Shown here one piece after another: positions 26,423-37,910 of a DNA stretch of 64,000 nt (positions are counted from its first letter, which is position 1; the number at the start of each line of letters is the position of its first letter). The notes beneath the pieces were generated by a model. That model was not told the DNA's origin and searched no databases. It saw nothing but the letters and a program-made list of their open reading frames with translations. A program made the position numbers and the translations under genes. Origin of the DNA: Mobula hypostoma (taxonomy: Eukaryota); the NCBI RefSeq assembly GCF_963921235.1, contig NC_086097.1, positions 119,042,001-119,106,000 of the forward strand, read 5' to 3'.

Positions 26423-28122
26423 CTCGATCGTGACCCCACTAAGGAGCACCAGGCCATTGTCTCCCACACTATCAACGACTTTATCCGCTCAGGGGATCTC
26501 CCATCCACTGCTACCAACCTTATAGTTCCCACACCCCGCACTTCCCGTTTCTACCTCCTACCCAAGATCCACAAACCTGCCTATCCTGGCCGACCTATTG
26601 TCTCAGCTTGCTCCTGCCCCACCGAACTCGTTTCTGCATACCTCGACACTGTTTTATCACCCCTTGTTCAATCCCTTCCGACCTATGTTCGTGACACTTC
26701 TCACGCTCTTAAACTTTTCGATGATTTTAAGTTCCCTGGCCCCCACCGCTTTATTTTCACCATGGATGTCCAGTCCCTATATACTTCCATCCCCCATCAG
26801 GAAGGTCTCAAAGCTCTACGCTTCTTTTTGGATTCCAGACCTAATCAGTTCCCCTCTACCACCACTCTGCTCCGTCTAGCAGAATTAGTCCTTACTCTTA
26901 ATAATTTCTCCTTTTGCTCCTCCCATTTCCTCCAAACTAAAGGTGTAGCTATGGGCACCCGTATGGGTCCTAGCTATGCCTGCCTTTTTGTTGGGTTTGT
27001 GGAACAATCTATGTTCCGTGCCTATTCTGGTATCTGTCCCCCACTTTTCCTTCGCTACATCGACGACTGCATTGGCGCTGCTTCCTGCACGCATGCAGAA
27101 CTCGTTGACTTTATTAACTTTGCCTCCAACTTTCACCCTGCCCTCAAGTTTACCTGGTCCATTTCCGACACCTCCCTCCCCTTTCTAGATCTTTCTGTCT
27201 CTGTCTCTGGAGACAGCTTATCCACTGATGTCTACTATAAGCCTACTGACTCTCACAGCTATCTGGACTATTCCTCTTCTCACCCTGTCTCTTGCAAAAA
27301 CGCCATCCCCTTCTCGCAATTCCTCCGTCTCCGTCGCATCTGCTCTCAGGATGAGGCTTTTCATTCTAGGACGAGGGAGATGTCTTCATTTTTTAAAAAA
27401 GGGGCTTCCCCTCCTCCACTATCAACTCTGCTCTTAAACGCATCTCCCCCATTTCACGTACATCTGCTCTCACTCCATCCTCCCACCACCCAACTAGGAA
27501 TAGGGTTCCCCTGGTCCTCACCTACCACCCCACCAGCCTCCGGGTCCAACATATTATTCTCCGTAACTTCCGCCACCTCCAACGGGATCCCACCACTAAG
27601 CACATCTTTCCCTCCCCCCCTCTCTCTGCATTCCGCAGGGATCGCTCCCTACACAACTCCCTTGTCCATTCGTCCCCCCCATCCCTCCCCACTGATCTCC
27701 CTCCTGGCACTTATCCGTGTAAGCGGAACAAGTGCTACACATGCCCTTACACTTCCTCCCTTACCACCATTCAGGGCCCCAGACAGTCCTTCCAGGTGAG
27801 GCATCACTTCACCTGTGAGTCGACTGGGGTGATATACTGCGTCCGGTGCTCCCGATGTGGCCTTTTATATATTGGTGAGACCCGACGCAGACTGGGAGAC
27901 CGCTTTGCTGAACATCTACGCTCTGTCCGCCAGAGAAAGCAGGATCTCCCAGTGGCCACACATTTTAATTCCACATCCCATTCCCATTCTGACATGTCTA
28001 TCCACGGCCTCCTCTACTGTAAAGATGAAGCCACACTCAGGTTGGAGGAACAACACCTTATATTCCGTCTGGGTAGCCTCCAACCTGATGGCATGAACAT
28101 TGACTTCTCTAACTTCCGCTAG
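26423..28122 (+). pseudogene. PLE reverse transcriptase + GIY-YIG endonuclease, one internal frameshift
   Basis: LDRDPTKEH...RYIDD...FFKK, frameshift at about 27400, then RGFP frame to GIY-YIG...GMNIDFSNFR*. Confidence 0.93.
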
Positions 28123-28414
28123 GCCCCACCTCCCCCTCGTACCCCAGCTGTTACTCATTTTTATGCACACATTCTTCCTCTCACTCTCCTTTTTCTCCCT
28201 CTGTCCCTCTGAATATACCTCTTGCCCATCCTCTGGGTCAACCCCCCCCGTCTTTCTTCCCGGACTTCCTGTCCCATGATCCTGTCGTATCCCCTTTTGC
28301 CTATCACCTGTCCAGCTCTCGGCTCTATCCCTCCCCCTCCTGTCTTCTCCTATCATTTTGCATCTCCCCCTCCCCCTCCAGCTTTCAAATCCCTTACTCA
28401 CTCTTCCTTCAGTT

Positions 28415-28450
28415 AGTCCTGACGAAGGGTCTCGGCCTGAAACGTCGACT
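28415..28450 (+). ncRNA. Minimal type I hammerhead ribozyme (PLE)
   Basis: agtc CTGACGA agggtctcggcct GAAACGTC gact; predicted cleavage 3' of C28446. Confidence 0.8.
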
Positions 28451-28661
28451 GCGCCTCTTCCTATAGATGCTGCTTGGCCTGCTGCGTTCACCAGCAACTT
28501 TGATGTGTGATGTGTGATTTCAACTTTGATGTCTATAGTACTGTATAGTAAGTCAAAGAGTAGGCTATTTGGTTATATTCTGTTAAGCCTTCCAATTAAA
28601 GAAGTTAACTTTCTTTTTTTTAAATATTGATACTTTCTACCCTATCCCCTTCATGTTGTGT

Positions 28662-28895
28662 TGGGCACATGGCCAAGTGGTTAAGGCGTTCGTCTAGTTA
28701 TCTCAAGGTCGCTAGTTTGAGACTCAGCTGTGGCAGTGTGTTTGTGCCCTTGAGCAAGGCACTTAATCACACATTGCTGTAGTCTGTGCGAGGAGTGGCG
28801 GCCCACACAGACTTCCAATCTGCGCCTTGTAAGGCATGAAAATGCCCGACGCAGGCCTCTCATGGTCTGAGTCGATGTTCCCTCCCCTCCCTCCA
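28662..28895 (+). mobile_element. tRNA-derived SINE, same head as 14259 but different tail
   Basis: tggccaagtggttaaggcg...ccttgagcaaggcacttaa; ends ggtctgagtcgatgttccctccc. Confidence 0.65.
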
Positions 28896-29724
28896 CTCCT
28901 CCCTTTCATGTCTCAATCGTTACTTTTCTCACTGTAAAATGCTTAAATTTTTAAATAAATCGCATTGCTGTTTAAAAGAATACATTGACATAATTAGCTG
29001 CACACCTTATTCATACTATCAGTGTTTCTGATGACTGCAGGCTGTTTACATTCATCCAAATCCTATGAGGAGAGTTGAAGGCCACACCACAGGGCCTACC
29101 TAACTTTGTAGAAAATTAGCTTGTTGCTGCTCCTTTGCCTCTGATGAGAAACCTCGGACAAGTATATCTGTTCAACACTTCACTGTGCAGTAGTTGTTGG
29201 AGATTTTTCAAGAAAGATTGATGGCAATATTTAATTGTAAAATCTGTCATCAAGAAAGAGAGAGAAAATGAAATATTGATCCAAATAGGAAAAAAAAACC
29301 TCAATGCTTATTCTAGTTTGTCTCCATTTGACCTGTCTGTAAAACATACACAGTTGCAACACATGCAAAGATCTCTCATACTAAAGACTTTACAATGTTA
29401 CATATCCACACCTTTTTTCGTTATTATCAAGGAAAGTGCAAATTTGCTTTTCATTAGTTGGAAAAGGCCTGGCACCTTCTGTGCATGTTCTCAATGATCT
29501 AGTATCAATGGGATTTATCATCCCAGTTTTTTTTATATAATATTATAAATGGCCTTTGCAGAGAGGTTAATGTCATTGCTGGCATGTTGACTTATAAAGA
29601 AGTCAACCAAAAAGACAGTAGTATAAAATATTGTAATTGTTTTATATTTAGTATTATATCACAATAGTTATTCTTCTAATATGAGTGGAAGTCTTTTAAT
29701 TTAAAGGATATAATACAACAGAAA

Positions 29725-30388
29725 AAAGATAAAGATAAAGATTAGCTTTACTTGTCACTTGTATATCAAAACATACAGTGAACTGTATCAGTTGCCATTT
29801 AATCAAATCAACGAGGATTGTGCTGGGCAGCCTGCCAGTGTTGCCACACTCTTAGCACAAACATAGTCTACCTGCAAATCGCTAACCCTAACCTATGTGT
29901 CTTTTGAACGTGGGAGGAAAGGGGAGCACCTGGAGTAAACCCACATGGTCATGTAGTGAATGTACCAATTCCATATGGACAGCAGCAAGAATCAAACTGC
30001 AAGCTTGCAGCCAGTGCTGTAAGACATTGCGCTCAATGCTATGCTACTGTTTTGCCCCACTCTGCTACCATGTCACCCGATAAAGATTAATGTTACTTGT
30101 CCTATGTACGTTAAAACATGTCATTAGCATCAACTCAAATCAGCGAGGATTGTGTGAGGCAGCCCACAAGTGTCATCATGCTTACAGCGCCAAAGTAGCA
30201 TGCCCGTAGCTCACCTAACAATACATCTTTGGAATGTAAGGGGACACCGGAGCACCCAAAAGAAATCCAGGTGATCATGGGTAGAATGTACAAACACCTT
30301 ACAAACAGTAGCAGGAATTGATCCTTGATAGCTGATTGCTGGTGCTGTAAAGCATTATGCTAATTGCTACACTACCGTGTTTCCCCCA
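29725..30388 (-). mobile_element. Two tandem V-SINEs with (atcttt)n tail
   Basis: Repeated gaggattgtg..ggcagcc..c.agtgt and V-domain; related copies near 34294, 38705, 58860, 60270, 63120. Confidence 0.7.
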
Positions 30389-31086
30389 AGGTACAAATTG
30401 AGAACTGGATCAGCTGTAGCATTGTAGATGCTTACTTTTGATTTTTCTGTTATCCAGTTTGTTATTAATTTAGTGAAGTTTAGTAATTTATAAACTTCTC
30501 AAGTATAAGAGCCCCCTAGCATGAAACAAAATACATTCCTTATTAATCAGCTCTAATTTAGGATTAATAGATTCATAGAAACATAGAAAACCTACAGCAC
30601 AATACAGGCCCTTCGGCCCACAGAGCTATGCCGAACATGTCCTTACCTTAGAAATTACTTAAGGTGACTCATAGACCTCTATTTTTCTAAGCTCCATGTA
30701 ACTATCCAGTAGTCTCTTAAAAGACCCTATTGTATCCGCCTCCACCACCGTCACCGGCAGCCCATTCCACGCACTCACCACTCTCTACGTAAAAAACTTA
30801 ACCCAACATCTCCTCTGTACCTACTTCCAAGCACCTTAAAGCTGTGCTGTCTCGTACTAGCCATTCCAGCCCTGGGAAAAAGCCTCTGACTATCCACATG
30901 ATCAATGCCTCTCATCATCTTATACACCTCTATCAGGTCTCCTGTCATCCTCCGTCGCTCCAAGGAGAAAAGGCCAAGTTCACTCAACCTATTCTCATAA
31001 GGTATGCTCCCCAATCCAGGCAACATCCTTGTAAGTCTCCTCTGCACCCTTTCTATGGTTTCCACATCCTTCCTATAGTGAGGCGA

Positions 31087-31279
31087 GGGGTGTTTGGGGT
31101 GTCAGGGAGGGGTAACACCTCTGGTGAGGGAACATGTCGCATCCTTTTCAAGGCGGTTAGTCCACCTTTGGTCCCCACCTGGTACTCAGCTCTTACCTGT
31201 GGCTCCCCGTAGCTGTTTGCATGCGACAGCAGCCACACCCCGGGCAACAGCTTTGACAAGCCGGCTAAACCAGGTGAGG
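31087..31279 (+). ncRNA. HDV-like self-cleaving ribozyme with long J1/2 and L3 insertion
   Basis: P1 GGGGTGT/ACACCCC (31235-31241); P2 31191-31200/31269-31279; P3 GGC/GCC; L3 TCCCCGT; P1.1 GG followed by GCAACA; P4 gctt-tgac-aagc; J4/2 GCTAA. Confidence 0.75.
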
Positions 31280-31646
31280 GTAGCTGACGGATCTCAAACC
31301 CTCGGTGAGATAGTGAGTCGTCTATCCCAGTGTGTGAAGACAGACTCCGGCGGATTGAGCTTACGAGATCAATGGAAGGTCCAACAGTCAAGAAGGCAGT
31401 CTCTGCAAGCATTGTGGAATGTGTAGAGCAGGACTAGACACAGAAGACGTCCTGGTCATCCACTGCGCCTAGTCTCATCTCCAGCCGGCTCAACTCTGTC
31501 TTGCCACTGGATCCAGATGGGAATTGGAAAGAGCGAGTGAGGCTGACACTGCGCAACTCTCCCTCACTTAAATTCAAATTACGCGCTAGTCTTGACACTA
31601 TCAAATGGTGTCGAGGTCCTCATCCATGTCGACGATGGACGAACAC
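31087..31646 (+). mobile_element. Non-coding ribozyme-headed retroelement (RTE-like non-autonomous, inferred)
   Basis: Interrupts CR1; 12-bp TSD atagtgaggcga (31075-31086/31647-31658); no tRNA head and no recognisable protein. Confidence 0.85.
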
Positions 31647-34293
31647 ATAGTGAGGCGACCAGAACTGAGCACAGTACTCCAAGTGGGGTCTGACCAGGGT
31701 CCTATATAGCTGCAACATTACCTCTTGACCTCTAAACTCAACCCAAGATTAATAAAGGCCAATGCACCATATGCCTTCTTAACCATAGAGTCAACCTGCG
31801 CAGCGGCTTTGAGTGTCCTATGGACTCGGACCCTAAGATCCCTCTGATCCTCCACACTGCTAAGAGTCTTACTATTAATGCTATATTCTGCCATCATATT
31901 TGACCTACCAAAATGAAACACTTTACACTTATCTGGGTTGAACTTCATCTGCCATTTCTCATCATATCAATGTCCCGTTTTGCATCCTATCAATGTTCCC
32001 CTGAAATCTCTGACAGCCCTCCACACTATTCATAACGCCCCCAGCCTTTGTGTCATCGGTAAATTTACTAACCCATCCCTTCACTTCTTCATCCAGGTCA
32101 TTTATAAAAATCACAAAGAGTAGGGATCCCAGAACAGATCCCTGAGGCACACCGCTGGTCACCGACCTCCATGCAGAATATGACCCATCTACAACCACTC
32201 TTTGCCTTCTGTGGGCAAGCCAGTTCTGGATCCACAAAGCAATGTCCCCTTGGATCCCATGCCTTCTTACTTTCTCAAAGCCTTTCATGGGGTACCTTAT
32301 CAAATGTCTTGCTGAAATCCATATACACTACAGCGACTGCTCTACCTTCATCAACGTGTTTAGTCACATCCTCAAAAATTTCAATCAGGCTCGTAAAGCA
32401 CGACCTGCCTTTCACAAATTCATGCTGACTATTCCTAATCATATTATCCTTCTCCAAATGTTCATAAATCCTACCTCTCAGGATATGTTCCATCAACTTA
32501 CCAACAACTGAAGTAAGACTCACTGGTCTATAATTTCCTAGGCTATCTCTACTCCCTTTGTTGAATAATGGAACAAGACCTGCAACCCTCCAATCCTCTG
32601 GAACCTCTCCTGTCTCCATTGATGATGCAAAGATCATCGCCAGAGGCTCAGCAGTCTCCTCCCTTGCCTCCCACAGTAGCCTGGGGTATATCTCGTCTGG
32701 TCCCGGTGACTTATCCAACTTCTTGCTTTCCAAAAGCTCCAGCACATCCTCTTTCTTAATATCTACATGCTCAAGCTTTTCAGTCCACTGTAAGTCATCC
32801 CTACAATTGCCAAGATCCTTTTCCATAGTGAATATTGAAGGAAAGTACTCATTAAGTACTTCTGCTTCCTCTTCCGGTTCCCTACACATTTTTCCACTCT
32901 CACACTTGATTGGTCCTATTCTCTCACATCTTATCCTCTTGGTCTTCACATACTTGTAGTATGCCTTGGGGTTTTTGTTAATCCTGTCCACCAAGGCCTT
33001 CTTATGGCCCCTTCTGGCTCTCCTAATTTCTTTCTTAAGCTCCTTCCTGCTTGCCTTATAATCTTCTAGATTTCTATCATTACCTAGTTTGTTGAACCTT
33101 TTGTAAGCTCCCCTCTATCATTACCTAGTTTTTTGAACCTTTCTTAAGCTGAAAATAATTAACAGTATTAGCTGACTAGATGTTACTTGTAAATTTTCCA
33201 TATTCCTATAACCAGCTTAAAATTCTTTCTTTTTGCTTTAATACTTATTGTTTACACTTAGACAAAGTTCCTTGTTTCTCTCTGGATTGATTCTGTTGGT
33301 ACTCTGCACTCACTCTGCCTCCAATTTAGACCACAAGATTATAAGACATAGGAGCAGAATTATTCCATTTGGCCCATCAAGTGCTCTACTATTCAATCAT
33401 GAATTATTTATTTTCCTTCCCAGCCCCATTCTCCTGCCTTCTCCCCATAACCTTTGAATCCCTTCCTAATCAAGAACCTATCAACCTCTGTTTTAAATAC
33501 ACCCAACTTGGCCTCCACAGTCGCCTGTGGCATGATTTCCACTGATTCATTACTGGTTTGGTTCATTTCTTCAAAGATGTTGTGCCACGTGTAAATATGG
33601 AGTTGGCTCTGGGTTTTGTTCAGTTTTCAGCCTGGTGATAACTTAGATCCAAGTTCAATGTACAGGGGCAACAAAATACTGCATTCTGGTATCAGCTAGG
33701 GGAGCAGATGATAACTGGTTGGGGATCTGGAAGAACTTGCAGACTGAGTTTTTGTAACATTTTGTAGCAACAAGTTAATATATATTTGGACATATACATG
33801 TTTGGGCAAAAACTAGCAGGTTGAAAAGTCTGCATTTGATTTTTGAAATTCTGTTCCATGGTAATTCGAAAATATATAACTGCTCCTTCATGATTGTTAC
33901 ATAAAGATGCTGGAATTCACAACCCGACAGCTCCACAGAAATGCCAACACCAGAAGGACAGCAGAAAACCAAGTGAGCTTCTCACCTTCAACTCCTCAAG
34001 GGCAGCTTGGGAAGGGCAATAGATACCAGTCACCGAATGATAGACAGGTCATACAAGTAATAAAAGCAAACAGCTATGCTCACAAGATTGCAATTCATAT
34101 ATCTCATAGGAGGAATTATGTAAATAGATATACAAGCAAGTGACAGAAATGTGTAAGAGCAATAAGAGATAATAATGGTGGAGTTTAACTTTGCTAATAC
34201 TAGTTGGGATTGCCTCAGTACAAGGAGCTCAAATGTGGCAGATTTTCGAGAAAGGTTTTGAAACAATGTGTAAAGAGGTGTTATATGTAAAGT

Positions 34294-34632
34294 AGGGCAG
34301 CACAGTGGTGTAGCGATTAGCACAACAGTTTCCAATGCCAGCAACCACCATCGGAGTTCAATTCTTCCTGTTGACCGTAAGGAGTTTGTATACTCTTTCT
34401 CCAGAACATTTGTCTTTCCTCCAGGTAATCTAGTTTCCTCTCACATTCCAAAAGGTGTAGGGTTAGTGAGTTGTAAGCATGCTACGTTAGAGCCAGAAGT
34501 GTGACAACACTTACAGGCCAACCCCAGTGCAATCTTTGGACTGTGTTGGCAAATGAAGCATTTTGCTCTGTGTTCCGACATTTCAATACACCAGTGACAA
34601 ATAAAACTAACCTTTATCTTTAATCTTTATCT
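34294..34632 (+). mobile_element. V-SINE with (atcttt)n tail
   Basis: gggcagcacagtggtgtagcg head, ggagtttgtatactct V-domain, gtgacaaataaa tail. Confidence 0.7.
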
Positions 34633-37189
34633 TAAAATGTCTCCCTAAAGGCAGGGCTGCGCTCAGACTTATCCTAATTAAACTAAACAGATTATGGATG
34701 CTTTGGTAACTATGACCATAATTCTCTAGCTTTGGAAAGCATTAATGTAGATCCTCAGGTTTTGGTCTCGAGTTGGGGGAAGGCTGACTTAAGGTAGGAC
34801 CTAGTGAAAGTAGATCGGGAGCAGATGCTAATGGGTAAAATAACAGCTGACAAGTGGGAGTCTTTAGAAAGAAAATTAATAAAGATTCAGGGCCAGCATG
34901 TTCCATACGGATAAAAGGCAAAATTGGCAAGATTAGGGAAACTTGAATGCCAAAAGATATTGAAGGGTTGATCTGAAAGAAACAGGGACATATGGCTGGT
35001 ATAAACTATTGAGATTGCAGGAGTCCCTTGGGCATACAGGGGAGAACTTAAGAAAGAAATTAGAATAACAAGTGGCCATGAAACAGACTTTTTATATAGT
35101 ATTAAAGAGATATCTAGGTAATTCTATAATTGTATCAGGACCAAAGATGTATCCAAGGAAAGAATGGTTTCCTTAGAATTCAGGAGATGTGGGTGAGGTC
35201 CCGATTGTGTAGTTAACATCTGTGTTGAGCAAGAAGGACAGAGAAGATAATGAGTTCAGAAAGGAAGTGTGTGGATTATCTGAGCAGACCACAATTAAGA
35301 AGAAGGGGCTGTTAGATGTCACATGATACTTAAGGTTTGATTAATAGTGGGGGATTTGCTTTTGACAGCGTATGACATTCATGACTTTACATCAAGGGAT
35401 GGGCAAGCACAAGTTTTAAAGAGATTAGTGGAATTTCTTAGTTTAAAGACAGATGGAAGATCATGACCACCCATTCATACGATATCGCAAATGATGATGA
35501 TGATGATGTTGTCGAAAGAATTTGTCTTATCTGTTGATTGGAGGCCACTCCTCTGCGCTAGCTAGGGATTGGTCCATTTAAGGAGCATTGTAACCCTTAC
35601 ACGGGCTGCCGCTTGGTGTCGTGGCACAGACTGATGATGTCACAGCAGCAATATTATATAAACCTAGCATATTGAAAGAATTAGGTCTTTTGCTTTGGGG
35701 GCTCCCCAATGGACTGGGTCACGACCAGTGACACAGGAACAGTGGAAGGGTGCTGCAGTAAGAGAAGGCTTGAGCACACACTGTAGATAAGTATTTGTAA
35801 CAGGGAGTAACAAAGAGTTTACTGAATGTTTAATGTGTCATCTCCTGTAAATAAATAATTAACTTACTTACTAGAAGTTAGTGTCTCCTTTCTCCAATCA
35901 CCAAACCTGTGAACCCGATTTCTTGTAACAGGGGTCCAATTAAGATCTATCCCAGGTGCTCTGGGAAGCAAAAGGGAAGATAGCTAGGATCCTGAAGGCA
36001 ATACTTTTAGCATCTCTATTACACAACATATATTAATTTATTTTTATCTCAAATAACACAAGTAATATTTATTTTATATTTGCACAGGTTATCTTCTTTT
36101 GCACTTTGGTTGTTAGCCTTTCTGTGGAGCTTTTTGCTTTACTCTGAATGCTTGCATGAAAATGAATCTCAGTTGTATATGCTGTTATATACATACATTG
36201 ATTAAAAAAAATACTTTGACCTTTGAACTGTGAACAAGTAAGGTGTTAGAAGAATGGAGGATAACTAATATTGTTCCTTTATCTAAGAAGGGTAGCACGG
36301 ATAAGGAAGGCAACAGAAAGCTGATGAACTTTATGTCAGTGGTAGGCTAATCATTGGAAAAAATCCCAGGGAACATGAATTAGATATATTTGGAAAGGCA
36401 CGTTGATAATCAGAGATAGTCAGCATGGCTTTGTGAGAGGGATATCCAGCTCTCTCTAATTTGATTGAGATTTTTGAGGAGGTAACTGAGAAGACTGATG
36501 AAAGCATGGCGGTAAATAGCATCTATATGCACTGTAGACATAAACCGTTTAAAGTGCAGAGATTTAAGCACGTAGGATCCAAAGTGAGATGACTAATTGG
36601 ATCTGAAATAGGTTTGGTGGTAAGAAGAGGAAAAATATTTTCTCTGATCGAAAGTCCATGACTAATGGCGTACCACAGTGACTGGCCATGGGAACTTTCT
36701 TGTCTGTAATGAGTAACAATGACTTTCATATCAATGTAGGAGGTGTGATTGTTGGGATTATGGATAATGCAGAAGTTGGTGGTGTTGAGGATAGCAAAAG
36801 AGGTTGTCTCTGGCTGCAGCAGGGTAGAGATCAGATAGAAAGTTGATCAGACTGTTGGCAGATGGAATTTATTTCCAACAAATGTGAGGAAATGCATTTT
36901 TGAGAAGCTAAGTGGAGATACAACATATTTAATGTTAAGTAATGTTACAAGGTATATGATTGTGCTGGTGAAACACAGCGATGTCTTGCTGGCAGCAAAA
37001 AAAAATACAACTAACCACTTTCTTAATCATACTTTTTCCGGAAAATGTTTACTGAAATCAATAGCCTGTAATTTCCTTTTTTGAGTAGTGCTTTTGAACC
37101 TCATGTATGACCTGGCATTTTTGCAGTGTGAATTGAAACCTCAAAGGTGCAGAATGGTTCTTGTGTGGTGTGTCTGGGTTGAGTCAAAG

Positions 37190-37910
37190 CGTTGGGCTCA
37201 GGCCCCAGACCGAGGAATAAGCCAACATTTGTGCATTACTGAAGCAGTCTCGGAGCCAGTACAAAGCAGCAGTTCGAAGGCAAGCAGAATGGAGGAGAGG
37301 CAGAGTTGAGGTGGCAGAGCCCAGTCCTGAGAGCAAGGACCCAGTCGATGTTTGACTAATTTAAGCACCGGGCTGGATTGGAAAGGGCAGGTGCAGGCTG
37401 AATCAAGGGTGTAGGGCCCAGGTCTGAGAGTGTATTCATTAACAACATCCAAGACTGAGAGCAAGGAACAGCCCAATGATTGGCCAATTTAAGCACCAGA
37501 CCAGATTGAAAAGGTTATGTTGTAGGGCCCGAGGTAAGGGATAGGCCAGTGTTCAGCTTGCTGCTCTGTGAGGTTTACCCATCTCCGCAGTGAACTGAGG
37601 CTGTGGCAGAAAGTTATCTACTTACTTCTTTTTTTTTTACACTGCTTTGCTCTGAACTGAGGCAGAGGCTGAGGTCTGCTGTGGGTGCTCCAGGCTTCGT
37701 GTCTGTGGACTCAATTTCATTCTGAATGCTATTTGCTTACTTTTATTGTTTGAACAATTTGCTTTTTATTTCCCTATGAACATTGGGTGCTTGACAGTTT
37801 TCTTTTTTTAATGGGTTCTATTGAGTCTCTTTGTTTTATGGCTGTCTGTAAGGAGATGAATCCCAAGGTTGCATATGGTTGATAATAAAATTACCTTGAA
37901 CTTTGAACGT
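37190..37910 (+). mobile_element. Non-autonomous element with internal repeats and Rex1-type tail
   Basis: gagagcaagga...aatttaagcacc...gattg.aaagg occurs twice; tail ttgaactttgaac. Confidence 0.5.

Larger units (their letters stand above)
23881..28509. mobile_element. Head-to-head Penelope-like (Penelope/Poseidon type) insertion: two 5'-truncated inverted copies in one TSD
   Basis: Arms 23918-26014 and 26413-28509 are reverse complements; 14-bp TSD atgtgtgatttcaa (23867-23880/28510-28523). Confidence 0.95.
30575..33150 (-). mobile_element. CR1 LINE ORF2 relic
   Basis: DKSPGPDEIYP...NYRPVSLTSVVGK...YMDFSKTFDKVPH, GVPQGSVLG..FTDDTK; (atgtttct) tail. Confidence 0.95.

Noticed and set aside
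27385..27410. Programmed -1 frameshift at TTTTTTAAAAAAGGGG
   Set aside because: No in-frame X XXY YYZ heptamer, and PLEs normally have a single ORF; a deletion is simpler
26261..27799. 512-aa ORF as a novel RT gene
   Set aside because: Its N-terminus is antisense left-arm sequence plus filler, and its C-terminus is out of frame after about 27400; only 26423-27400 is real RT
23881..28509. Palindrome as a fold-back read or assembly artefact
   Set aside because: The 14-bp TSD, unique flanks, asymmetric tail and older analogues argue for a real insertion; read confirmation is still desirable
35340..35930. Possible solo LTR with an RTE tip inside old CR1
   Set aside because: A 3' end (tgtaaca) and AATAAA are visible, but I could not define the 5' end or a TSD
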